From: Gnetum montanum
Taxonomy: Eukaryota; Plantae; Gnetophyta
Direction: 5' to 3'
Assembly (NCBI GenBank): GCA_015680685.1
Contig: MNCI01002026.1
Location: 1 to 64,000 of the forward strand
DNA length: 64,000 bases
The position numbers and the translations under genes are program-made. The notes under the pieces are model-generated. The model made no database searches and was not told the origin of the DNA. It saw only the letters and a list, made by a program, of their open reading frames with translations. Within the stretch, counting starts at the first letter, position 1; each line of letters starts with the position of its first letter. Below, one piece after another: positions 21,996 to 34,229 of this stretch.

Positions 21996-24900
21996 TCATT
22001 TCAGATGAACAATGTATTTTAATGGTTTAACAATTTTTTTGATTTTTCTGAATTTAACATTAGGAGTGATACTGATAGGTGTGATTCTGTACTCAATGTC
22101 CCCTTCACTGATTATGTTAAATGGTAATTCAGCCCAAGGGACGTCTGATGGAATAGGCTCTATGTTAGTGTCTTTTAGTGTTTCCGTATGTATAGTAGTT
22201 TCATTGTTTGTTGTAGTTTCCAAGTTAGATGGTGTATGTAAAGTTTTAGGTCTGGGTGTCTCTATGTTGGGTAAAGTTTCATTTACGTTTAATGGATCAT
22301 TGCTTACTAGTTGCGTGCAACTTTGTTTTTCATTTGTGTTATCCTTTTCAGGCTCTTCAAACTTAACCTTTGAGCCTTGGTCTATGTCCGTATGCGACAA
22401 GATGGTAGGTGTAGCAGCCTCCCCATGTATAATGATTTCACCGCCTTCATAAGGTAGATGAATCTCTTGGTGTATTGGGGAAGAGACTGCTTTGAGTTGG
22501 GCCAGCTAGGGTCTTCCTAATATTAAATTGAATCCTAGCATTTCGTCGATGACAACAAAGTTAGCTGATGTGGGGAATCGATCCTCGGCTATAAAGTTCA
22601 TAATTATGGTGCCTTTTACTACTACGCGTGATCCACTAAATGATTTTAAACATGTGGTGGAGGTTGGTCTGATTAGTTCTGTAAGCCCTAATTGTTCAAT
22701 GATGGGATAGGGTACTACGTTTGTGGCAGCTCTGTCATCTACATGCACCCGATGTATTTTGAATTGATTTACTTGTATCATTATGAACATAGGTGCAGTT
22801 GTCACTTCTCCTATTTTCTCATCAATTTTGATGTTGTCAATGTGGAAACGTAGTGATTTAGAAGTTGATCCTTGAGGCGAATACATTACCGCATGGATTG
22901 AAGGTTCATTTGCAGGTAAGTCTTCACTTACTGGGACCAATGTCAACATGCGTACTAGCACTTTGCGATGAGTTTGAGAAGTTAATATCAGGTTATATAG
23001 GCTTAAAGAAGTATTTTTCTATTTAAGTGCCTACGTAACTTATGTTAGGGCTATTGCCAGATCTTTACTGTTAGGTGTATGCTTGTTAATGGTTACTTGG
23101 TCCATTGGGCCCAACAATTTTATCTCATGTGTGGCTGGTTTGACGTTCTCTTCCATAATTGTTGATTTGGATGCATCATGTATTCCCAATGATTCTCCCT
23201 TAGTTTTTGGTTCATTAGTAGGTGATGCCATGGGTATTGCACTTAATGGAGTAGGCTTGGGGGGTCCCAAGGTGAGCTGTTAACGTTCCTTCTCCAATCA
23301 TTCTCATGTGAGCCTATCTGCCAGGCGTTCCCGCATGTGGCATAGGGGAACATTTGGTTTCTGAACATCTAGTTGCTCTGGAACCCATATGACGTATGAA
23401 GTATGATGGGGTTGTGATTGGATGGTTGAAGGTGGTTGAATGTCAAGCTGCCTAGGTGCTCTAACAACGTACGGGGTTGGTTTATTTTGTGTTTGCAGGG
23501 TGGAAGGTTGACGATTATCAGGATATTTGGGTATCCTGACAACATACGAAGTTGGTCTAGTTGGTGGTTATTCCTCCATAGTTGCGACCATAGGTGGCAT
23601 TCGGACTACATAGGGAGCAGGCCAGGTAGGAGGTTGCGTGTTTGCAGTAGTAGTGGTGGGAGGTACACACACCACGTATGGTTTTGGTGGTATGGTAGAT
23701 GCTGCCACCACGGGGGGTATCTAGATGACATAGGATCTTTGGGGGGTAGGTGAGTTACATGGAGAGTATGATGATTGAGGTGCAGGTGTTTGTGGAGTAG
23801 GAGAAATATGAACTACAAATGGTCTCTTAGGTATTTGTTGTTCATTATCTGAATAAATAGTGTTAATCCTAGGCACTTCTCGTTCATTGTCCAAGTGGAT
23901 AGTGTTAATTACATATGGAGCTTCCTTAGTATTTAGAGGATCCTTATATATGCCCATGGCCTGGTTTTGTGGTTTGACCGGGTTGGCCTCATCAAAAGTG
24001 ATCTGACCTCTGTCGATCATCCATTGGATATCTTGTTTCAAGGTGAAACAATAGTTAGTGCCATGCCCATTGAATTGATGATAATCACAAAAGCCGTCTA
24101 TTCTAAAGCCCCTTGGAACTGGGGGTTCATCTGGCATTGCTAAGCTTGGGCTCTCTACCAATTGACAGAATCGATCATGTCTTTGGATTGCTGCGGGGGA
24201 CAATTGTTTATTTTTCATTAACCTGGCCTTCAAGAGTTGGTCAAATAATTGTGAGTGTTTCATGGGTAACAGTGTGTATTGAGAGGGGTCCCTCCTCTCA
24301 AAGTTTCTTGCATGACCTAGCATAGGATTTTGTGATGCAGACAGTTTGGGTGCAGTAGCGGGAGCATGTCTAGCATAGTTAGTAGGGGCAGTAGGTGGTT
24401 TACCTTGTTGTCCCGTAATCGTTTGTTGTGTTTCCACTACTACTGCTATAGTTTCCTTAGCCTTTTCTTTGTCCTTCTTATTATGTTGGTTTTTAAAGGC
24501 TAAATAGGCGAGGTCATGGCTATTTTGGGCTACCTCTTCTATATTCTTTATTTGTACAAATGCTTGGCTAAGAGTGCATGTGTTAAGGTAGTATAATTTG
24601 GACTTCACAAAATCATTAACATCCCCTTTAAGAATAGTGAGGAGATAAGTCTCCGGAATTGGCTTATGAAGCTCATTGAGGGCAACACTCCACCATTGAA
24701 TAAATTTTTGAACAGGTTCAAGCGGTGCTTACTTGACCTGCATGAGGCTGTCAAGTGTTGCTTCAGGATTCAAGTTATACTTGAACCTAGTAATGAATTG
24801 GTGTAATAAATCTTCTAGCAAAGATATTGATTTTTGGGGCAAAGCTCGATACTAGTCAACTGCTCTCCCTATGAGGGACATGGGAAACACTTGCAAAATG

Positions 24901-26160
24901 GCATGTGGCCATGCTTGAAGTAACACACATTCTAATCTAAACGTTATAAGATGGGCGTTGGGGTCTATCTCCCCATTGTACTTGGTTAACGTGGAAGGAA
25001 ACACCCTTAGCTAACGTCAAAGGTGAAACCGAAGAGCTGATAGGGTCATCTTGGTAGAAATCCACTATCTTAAGCTCTTCGTCGGTAGCTATTTTGAGGT
25101 GCTTGACCTCATCAGTTAGCTCCTACATCAGCTTTTTGGCATCAGCCTAGCCTTGGGAACTAGGTGAGATAGTAGATTGATTATGTTGTGTAGTATACAA
25201 ATTAGATTGTTGTATGGTGAGCTGGAAGGAGGAGAGTTGTGTGGTTGGAGGTTGTGCTTGTGGAATATTCATAGTGGGTGGTACTAAGGGTGGCACATTG
25301 TAGGAAAAGGGTTGTTGTGGTTGTTGTTGTTGTACTTGGGGGATGTTAGTGGGTGGAACCATAGGAGGTGGTATGTTATAGTGAGGGGGTTGATGCGGTT
25401 GGACACCAGTTGCAACCCACTGCCCAGTCACGTTTTGTGTAGGAACACCCTGAACTTGTTGAGTTGAAGTGGTGAAGGGTGCTCCTTGGGTCTGGATTTG
25501 TGGTATGTAGTGTGCGGATGTAGAAGCTGGTATCACATATGGCATCCTGATCACTCAGGATGGGAAGGTCACTCCTATATTATTTTGAGGAGCTTGTTGA
25601 TGGGGTTGTATTTGCAAGAGAGGGGGTAATGTGATGACTGGAGGAATAGTTGCAAGGGGTATATTGAGTTGGGTATCGGTCACCAGGGATATGGGAATAA
25701 GCATGGATGGTTCCTATTGGGGTACATGTGTTTGGGTGATTTTAAATGGCTGGAGGAACATAGTTTCCCCTATGAATGGGTGAAACAGCGGGTTTGAGTA
25801 AGTTTGTGGGCTAAGGGTATGGTATGAATCTTCATGTTCAAACTGAGCTGCAAAATCATCCTCCTCTTCTAATTAAGTATTTTCCACAGACTGGTCTAGA
25901 GACTGACTCCTTAATAGGAGGAGCTGTAAGATGAGCTCAGAGTAGTGCTCTGGAAGAGGGATGATGTCATACGGGGAGGGGATGAACTCATGTCCTCCCC
26001 TATGAAATAGTTCATATTGTCTCTTAATCTCCATTTCAGTTTGATCAACTGCTAGGCCAGCTTGGACTTTTATGCATATAAAATTATATTGCTCTTTTGT
26101 TATAACATTAAATGAGGGATTTCTTCCTTACAATCTGAGAGACCGGCGAGGTCTCGCCAT
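21996..26160 (-). pseudogene. gag: A gag-protease frame (decayed)
   Basis: Starts MARPRRSLRL; Pro/Gln-rich region; retrotransposon gag core; Tat-type knuckle FCDYHQFNGHGTNYC; protease IHRVHVDDRAATNVV...FNLILGRP; ends with its own stop at 21996. Confidence 0.9.
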
Positions 26161-26419
26161 GGGTTACACTACAGGTAGTGGGATGGTCATGGGGCTAGCG
26201 GTATCTGTAATGGGCTTGCTTGAAATGTTAGTATTCACGGTATTTATGGTGAAAAGGTCATAAATGTAACATGGTGGAAAGGACACAGTGTCAGGGCATA
26301 CAGGTGAGGATTTGGCCAAGTATGAAATGGGTGTGCTTATCAGCGTACACCCAAGTTGGCAGCGTGCGGCTTGTTTGTACAGCGTGTGGACTGGGCCCCA
26401 GTGTATAGGCTTTAGCAAC

Positions 26420-26745
26420 CAGCGTACAAAAAATGGTCACAGCATGTAGATAAGGTCTACAACGTGTAGAAATTTGGCAGCGTGTAGATAGGGTCTATAG
26501 CGTGCAGAAACTGGGCAGTGTGTAGACAGGGTCTACATCGTGCAAAAACTAGTCACAACATGTAGAAACTAGGCAGCGTGTAGACAGGGTCTACAACGTG
26601 TAGAAATTAGGCAGCATGTAGATAGGGTCTACAGCATGCAAAAACTGTGGCAGCATGTAGACAGGGTCTACAGCATATGGTTAAGCTATGGCAGCGTGTA
26701 GACAAGGTCTACAGCGTACGGGTAAGCTATGGTAGTGTGTAGACA
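26420..26745. repeat. About 38-bp tandem repeat in the A 5' UTR containing the hairpin TGTAGAC-AGG-GTCTACA
   Basis: Unit GGCAGCGTGTAGACAGGGTCTACAGCGTGCAGAAACT, 7-8 copies. Confidence 0.85.
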
Positions 26746-26894
26746 CTCAGATTGCTATGGAACAGGACACATATTCAGAGAGTGATGAAGTCATATTTAA
26801 TGTTGATGCAATGTAAATCTGAGAAAACCAGGTAGTAGATCGGAAGCACAGGGGGTGTGTGTATGAGATCAGGGTAGATTTAAACCATTTTAGG

Positions 26895-26911
26895 CCCTCC
26901 TTCTAGTGTCA
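26895..26911 (-). other. A primer-binding site
   Basis: Minus strand TGACACTAGAAGGAGGG, a decayed TGGCGCTAGAAGGAGGG-type PBS, 5 nt from the 5' LTR. C has TGGCACTATAAGGAGG. Confidence 0.8.
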
Positions 26912-26916
26912 TTTTC

Positions 26917-28162
26917 TATGCTTTCTGAAATCATTAGTGCACAGTTGGAATGAAACAGACACCGAGAGGTCCACAAACAGGTACAGAAGACTCTACCTTC
27001 ACATGAGGGTGAGCTGGAATTGGCGAAGGTAGAGTACCTTGGGTGGTCTGCAAGTAGATTAGACAAGGATTTCCCCAACATACACTAATGTGCAATACAT
27101 TGGATTATGTGTAAACAACATAATAAATGTAAACTAGAACGTGAAACGTGCAGGGATGTAAATGGGAGATAGACAAAAACGAATGAAAACTGTAACAAAT
27201 CTTAGCAAAAAAAATGTAGCAATATTATTGCATGATGAAAATTACAATGCACCGGTCTAAACACAGTTGTGGATCTAACATAAGGTAGACGAAGAGCCCT
27301 GGTGGACGCAAAGGGATGATGGTATGTTGCTCTTGGCTATAGGAACAGTGTGAAGGCTGTATGCTCAGTGTGCAAGATTGGTGTTCTAATTTGCTAAGTG
27401 TTCTCTGGTTTTTTGTCTCTGGTTTGCCCAAAATTGCCAACCTTGATCTAGTGAAAAATTGGGGTTTTTATGAGGTTTTTTTGAGTGTCGGATTCAAATT
27501 TGGATAGGTATGAGTGGCTGTGGGATGCTTAAATTTCAGATCGGGTGACATGTGGAGCGTTGATCGAGTGCGAAAGAATAAAACTTTACAAGTTTACAAC
27601 ATGAACCATGCCAGTGTGTACATGCTAGGCGTATACGCTGGGCATACACGTTCCACACACTGGATAGCATGTGGACAAGCATGAAGAATTCCTGATCAAA
27701 TTTTAAACTGTGGAGCTATTTTGCCCCTGGATCTCAATGTCTAATGTCCCAAGGATGCAGTTTGTTGAATTTAGGCTCATTTGGACTAATCTGACATGGT
27801 TCTGGAGGACCTCCATTGATGTACACTATGCTACATGCTGGATGGTGCATGTTGGGCGTACACACTAGGCATACATGCTAGGCATACACACTGGTTGTAC
27901 ACTGTAGACATACACGCTGGGCGTGTATGCTGGGTGTACACGTTGGGTGTGCAGGATGCATGCCTAGTGGAAACCAAGTATTTTGGGCTCAAAAGTTTGG
28001 TAGGGTTCGATGCCAGATGTTGCCGTAGTCTGCTGTGGATCTTGGGGAACCATTTCTTGCTTGGTTCAACTCCGTCTGAAGCTTCAATCATGTTGGAGAG
28101 CATCATGACCTAGCTTGATTCTTGTCAGAGAAGTACTAAGCTTAGAAATTTGTGGTGTTTCA
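26917..28162 (-). repeat. A 5' LTR
   Basis: Direct repeat of 9875-11167; flanked by the PBS and the TSD. Confidence 0.95.
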
Positions 28163-28849
28163 CTAGTCTCTCTCCCAATGCACTATTTTTGAAAAATGGA
28201 ATTGTGATCAAAACTTACAAAATTTGACAATACAAATTCCACCAAAACCTAAATGCCCATCTCTAAACCCTAGTTATCCATTTAGTACACCATAACTCTA
28301 AGTGCACTAAAGTGCAAATAGGGGAAAATCTCTTCCACATTGTGATTGGTGAAAGTTAAGATCAAAATTCAAAATTTTAAATTTTTGGGTTATAGGCCCC
28401 ACTATACATCCTCACTTTTGGCCTAAAAATTACATCAACATTAAATTTTAAGCACTTTTGACACTTAGAAAAATAATCAAGCCTTAAATCCTATGCATCC
28501 ATGTTGATTATATCATGTCTAGCATGGATACATGCATCTCACTTCATAAAACCATTAAAAATATAACTTTTTTACCATTTAGTAGCCAAAACCTAGCTTT
28601 TTCAACCCTTGGCTCCCAAAAGGGATTAGACATGGACAAGAATAGACAACATGGGTTTCCATGCTAGGGCAACATTGCCCAACATATAATAAGGGTGGTA
28701 ACACCCATTCTTACCTACCAACACGCATCTAGTCCAAGTTAGACCCATGAAGTGATCCAACATAACCTAGAACCCCTCCAAGCATTCCTGGAAAGCCTGC
28801 AACCTCACCAAAGCTAGTCAAAAGTGGTTGAAATATTGGGATTTGCTGG

Positions 28850-31098
28850 TTCCACACTAAGGGTGGCCTCATCCACGCTGAGCATCCTAGCCCCATCATG
28901 GATGAATGAGGGGGGAGACCAAGCTTACATAAATTGACTACCTAGTAGCCATATTTCAAAGCCTAGTACCCCCTCATAGCCTCCGATAGCTTAGAATGAT
29001 CCTTAAACAAGTTGATTGCTGATACATAGNCCCCCCCTCCCCACTCCATGTTGCCCAATATGGATCTAGCAAGGAAACCTAGGGCATATGGAAGAAAACT
29101 TAAGTTATAATCCAAAATAGCCAAATAACCTACTCTGTTGATCCCTAGACCCTACTAGAATCCTATGGAGCTTCCAAAGATCTTAAAAGTAGTAAAAAAT
29201 GGCACAAGACTATCATCCCCCTTGGATTCACACTAGAGCCATCGTTCCCACTATGGAAGAAGAGGGGAAGATTGCATAAGACACCTAGGAGCCTCCAAAC
29301 TTGTAGATCTTGATGCCAAGCATCGACCATTGAAATTGACAACCCTAGAGGCTGACATGCATGGTTGATTGGCTATTAAAGTAACCTAGATCTGACTCTT
29401 TTGGTTCTTCCATACTAGGGGAGACCTCCTCCACACTAGCCAACATGGAAACAATGTGGATGGAGTTAAGAAGGTCAATGTGGAGTTGTAGATGTAAATA
29501 AAATAAAATAAGAAAACTATGTCAAACTAACTAGTACTAACACCAAAACCTTTATAGCCTTTCTGGTACTCACAAGAATGCCAAAAATCAACTCCCTAAG
29601 ATTCTTCAACATTAAGAAAGACCTCATCCATCCTAAGCATCCTAGTCCTACCATGGATGGAAAGGGAAATACAAAACTATTGCAGTTTGACTTCCAGAAG
29701 TAACCTAATCCTTCAGAAGCTGCTAGACTTATAGAACTCACATGAAATAACCAAAACTAGACCTCCTTGGACTCTCCATGCTAAGGAGGATCCTATCCAT
29801 GTTGAGCATCCTAGCACCAACATGGAAAGAAGGGGGAAATCCTAAAAACCATCTTACATCCCTTAAAATCACCAAATTTCAACTCTTAGCATTGATAGTT
29901 AACAATAGTAATCATGTACACACATATGCATAACCAAACCTATCAAAAATAATAAAAAGCATAGCCCCCTAGTTCCTCCATGTTGGGAGCCACATCTTCC
30001 ATGCTAGTTAACATGGAAGTAGGGGGGAAAATTTAGGGGGACTCAAACATAGCCTTTAGATACATCAAATGGACAATAAGAAGCCTAGTGTGTGTTCTAG
30101 GATCCTATCTACTCTTCCTAGAATTCTTAGACTCTCCAAAATTAGTCATGAATGGAAAGAAACACTTTTTGCCCAATCTTTCACACTAAGAATAAGAATA
30201 CCAATGTGGAAGAAATGGTAAAACATAAAAAACCACTTAACAACCATTAAAATGACCATGTTTTAACACCAAGTACTAGCAACCTTAGAAACCCACACAC
30301 ATGGATAGGAATAACAGAAAATGACAACACGAAGGATCCCTTGGTTCTTCAATGCCAAGCTACCTCTTCTATGTTGGCTAGTGTGGAAGTAAGGGAAACT
30401 TTGGGGGATCTCAAAAATGGCCTTTGTATAGCTCAGGTAGATACTCTATAACCTTACATGAACCCTAAGACTAGTTTTACACCTTCTAGAGACCTAAAAC
30501 CCTATAAAAGTGACTCCAAATGGCTAAAAAGATAATCTTCCCAATCTTCCACACTAATCATATCATCCCCAGTGTGGAAGAAAGGGGTAAGCTCAAAAGC
30601 CATCTAAAAAGCCTCCATAGTAACTAGTTCTAACCCTAAACCCTAGTCCTCAACTCCAGTAATCCCAAAAGCACACATTGATGATCAAGGCCAAAATTGG
30701 TCTAGATCTAACATTTGTGATGCTTCCACACTAAGGAACCTCCCATCCATGCTAGCTAGCATGGAGACTAAGAGGGGGGGCTCATTTGGAGCTCATAGAT
30801 ACCTTAGATTGACATCAAATGATTTTGCATGCGCATGAGGATCCTATTAGCATCCATTGAAGCCTTCAAACTTTAGAAAAATGATTCTAAATGGCCAACA
30901 AGCTATTCCCCCTAGTCTTCCACATTGAGTACCCAAGACTTAGTGTGAAGGAAAGGGGGAAGCCCAAAGAATGCTTAGGAACACTCAAAACTACCAAATT
31001 TTGACCTAGAGCCCTAGCTATTAATCCTAACAACTCTGAGAGCTAACATGCACATTCGATTATAAGTCAGATTGGCCTAGATTTGGGATTCTTACTCC
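28850..31098. repeat. B internal array with about 185-bp period (left part)
   Basis: Motif CCCC..CTTCCACACT...AGTGTGGAAG..GGGG recurs near 28850, 29030, 29220, 29405, 29600, 29765, 29965, 30170, 30340, 30540, 30720 and 30910. Confidence 0.8.
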
Positions 31099-31103
31099 AT
31101 CCA

Positions 31104-31936
31104 TGATGAGTGATGAGGTACCCCTACACTCAACCATACAAATATGAGCATCTCACACATGATCCAGTCAAACTCTAAGGACTAAGTGCTTACATGCCCT
31201 AATGGAACAATTAAGGTTAATCAATCATTTTCTTCCCAAACTTATTTGTATTGTCATAGTTGTATGGTTAAGTATGTATAAGGTGTATAATTTTTATGTC
31301 TTTTATCTTTTTAACGCCTTACGCTAAGAGGGAAGGGTGAAGAGACTAAGTGACTAACTATTCGCTAACTAAATTCTAATTTTCCTAGCACCAGTATCTG
31401 TTCCCACTTACTACACACACCTTGAACCAATGAAACGCTACTAGGATTATCAAACGCTACTCGTTACTAGGTTACCAAGCCTTACACACGTGCTCGAAGC
31501 AGTTATACTGAATGCACTTAAATAGGAGATTCAAGGGTTGAGAGAGATTAATTATCTAAGAAAGCATTTAAACATTTAACAGTAATTACATCCTATTTAG
31601 CTTAGTCCACATGTTGCAAGGTTTATCAAAAAGTTTGTCTTTATCGCCGTACACAAATGTGTGCTTAGGTACAATTTGCTCAAATAAAGATCCGTTCACT
31701 TTGAAGCTCCTACTACAGGCACATGGAAATTATTCTAACTCTGGAATGGTAAAACTGCTATAGTTTGGCTAAGGGTCTAGATCTAGATGAGTGAAACAAG
31801 GGAAAGTCACCTCTTATTTATAGAATTGGCAATGGGCTGCGATATCGCATACGCGATATTGAAAGGGTTGACACGATATCGTGGACATGATATCATGTAC
31901 ATGATATCACGGTCGATGCGATATTGCAGCTCATCA
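31104..31936 (-). repeat. D 3' LTR
   Basis: Direct repeat of 37468-38238; CGATATCG palindrome cluster at 31839-31930. Confidence 0.93.
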
Positions 31937-34229
31937 TACCCCCATGACTAAATGAAAACTTGTCCTCGATTTCCTTACAAAATATTGGGAAGGTATGGGA
32001 TTATTGACTTGCATGAGACTAATGGTAGATGGGTGACATGTGAACAGATCATCGTTACAATACATGATAAAATTAGTATTCATGACAACAAGAGTGAACA
32101 CTAAACACATTTGACATCTAGCCTTATTTGACAACTAAGAGAGAAGAGAGAAGAAAGAGATAAAAGAAGAGGTTTGTTGCTATCGACACTAAGATTGCAC
32201 TTTTCATTATCCATCCATAAGCACATCATCAATCTTGTTCCCTACATAACTGCTCCAACATTAGTCCATTCCAAGTGTTTCCTCTATATCCAATCTATTT
32301 TTGTATGATTACCATCTACATACACAACACAATCTAATATTAGCAAGGGTAAATGAATCACAATGCAGTTAATACCTTGTCTCAGTGTAATGTATATTGG
32401 CTAAGTTGTGATATGGCTAATGCAGATATGGAGATATAATACTAGTGATTACTTGAGGTGTAGGGCTTAAGAGAAAATTAAAAAAATCTAAAAAATTGGA
32501 CCAGGACCCCCATGACTAAGAGCGAACCTCCAGTAGCGAGAGAATGGAAAAAAGAGAAGGAATAAGAAAGATGGAGAAAAAAAACAATAGCAACGCCAAT
32601 AAAATGGATGTCGAAGATGGAGATGAGCAAAATAAATGGTGATTGCAAAAAAATTTAAGGGAAAGAAATTAATGGATGCACCAAATAGGAATGCTATTGG
32701 GTCCTCCCCAAAGTAGGCTCATGCCCTTAATTCCCTGACAATCCCACATTCAAAGAGTCCATAGGCTCTAGAAATGTCATTTGGAAGAAATAGTTAAAGT
32801 CTTAACCACAAGAGTTTACCAAAAATAAAACAATGCATCCACCAAAATATGGACTATTGATACAATCAGCAATGAGGTGATAAATGGAGAAAGAAGGATG
32901 GAAAGAAAAGAATGGAATGGAATCTCAGGAACAAGGTGGTGTATAGCCCCTTGTGTATTAATGGTTAATGTGACTTAGTAGATCCCATTCCAAATCTGGC
33001 CTCAAACAGTCCACATCTAGTGACTTCGCATTAATACATTTGGCCCATCCATCCACTTGATGTAACAAGAATGCCTTCACCAAAGAGTCACCACCATTCC
33101 AATGAAACAAAAGAGGATAACATGATTATTTTAGTTCCATAACCATTGCTTGTAGTCTAGTTGATTATTTTGTCTAAGGGGTGTTCTTTGAATTCTCACT
33201 ATTTTTTTTTGTGAGAACCACACCATGCAAAGACTTATTATTTTTATTAGCTCAACTTCCTGATAATGGAGCGATGTAGGAATGGTAAGGAAAACTCAAG
33301 AACAAAACATCCAAGTACCCAAGAGAATGGCCAACACAAGTGCATCAAATCCTCTTGAAGTCACACCCTTTTCAGTCCTTGAGTCCTTCCTTAGTTTGAG
33401 AAATGCCTAGTCACCAATTCGTTGATAGTTCTTACTATTGAGAAATGGATTGTATAGTTCCAAGCTAAGAGAGACCATAGAAATATATGGATGCATGGGT
33501 GATGTGGACTCATTTCCTATTATATCAAAAGAACCATACCAAAATATCAACATCATAACTTAAAGGTAAAAACCAAACATTAACAATCAATAGAATATAG
33601 TTCATACTATCATTAGGAGCACTTATTGGGTGAAAAACCTTAACAAAATAAATAATCATACAAATAAATGAAAAAAGTATGAATGATGTTTTAGAAAAAA
33701 AACAAGAAAAGTTAAAGAAATTTGCAAAAAAAAAATGTGTAAAACAAAAACTTAAAAAGGAAGTAAGGGCCTCGATTGATCAACATAGGTGTCCATCTCC
33801 CCCATGACTGAGTTGGAAGGGGAAGATCCGAAATAATGAGTGAGGTCATCCTCTCTCCAATGTGTTATGTGCATAGACCATTCTAGATTCATGATAGGAT
33901 TTGGTCTATTACACACAAACTAGTATTCTCCTATCGGAGAACTCATTTGAATTTTCTAAGAGTTTTCAACTTCCCTCAATTAGTGGTTTTAGATTAAGGG
34001 TTGGAAGTTGGTGACACTCATACTCTAGTGCATCTATGCTTTTGATGTGTGTGCACATTTTTCCCTCAATTAGTTCTATGCATATTGGTGAGTTACTCTC
34101 TTGGTTAGCTATCAACGACTGAGTATTTTCTTGTTGTGTGGTTGCTACATATAGGCACCTTTGTATGTTAACCTCTGGTGCACATCAGTTGCATATAGGC
34201 AATGCTAAACATTCCTATACACAATCACA

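Larger units (their letters stand above)
9875..28162 (-). mobile_element. Element A: full-length (18.3 kb) Tat-type Ty3/gypsy LTR retrotransposon
   Basis: Two LTRs about 90% identical by eye over a sampled stretch, TG...CA outer ends, TSD CTAGT (9870-9874 and 28163-28167), PBS, PPT, gag, PR, RT, RH, aRH and INT. Confidence 0.95.

Noticed and set aside
22012-22452. Hydrophobic plus-strand ORF (also 15097-15429, 14038-14277, 34138-34629, 60485-60832)
   Set aside because: Shadow frames opposite real coding remnants; no independent motifs or homologues in the sister elements.
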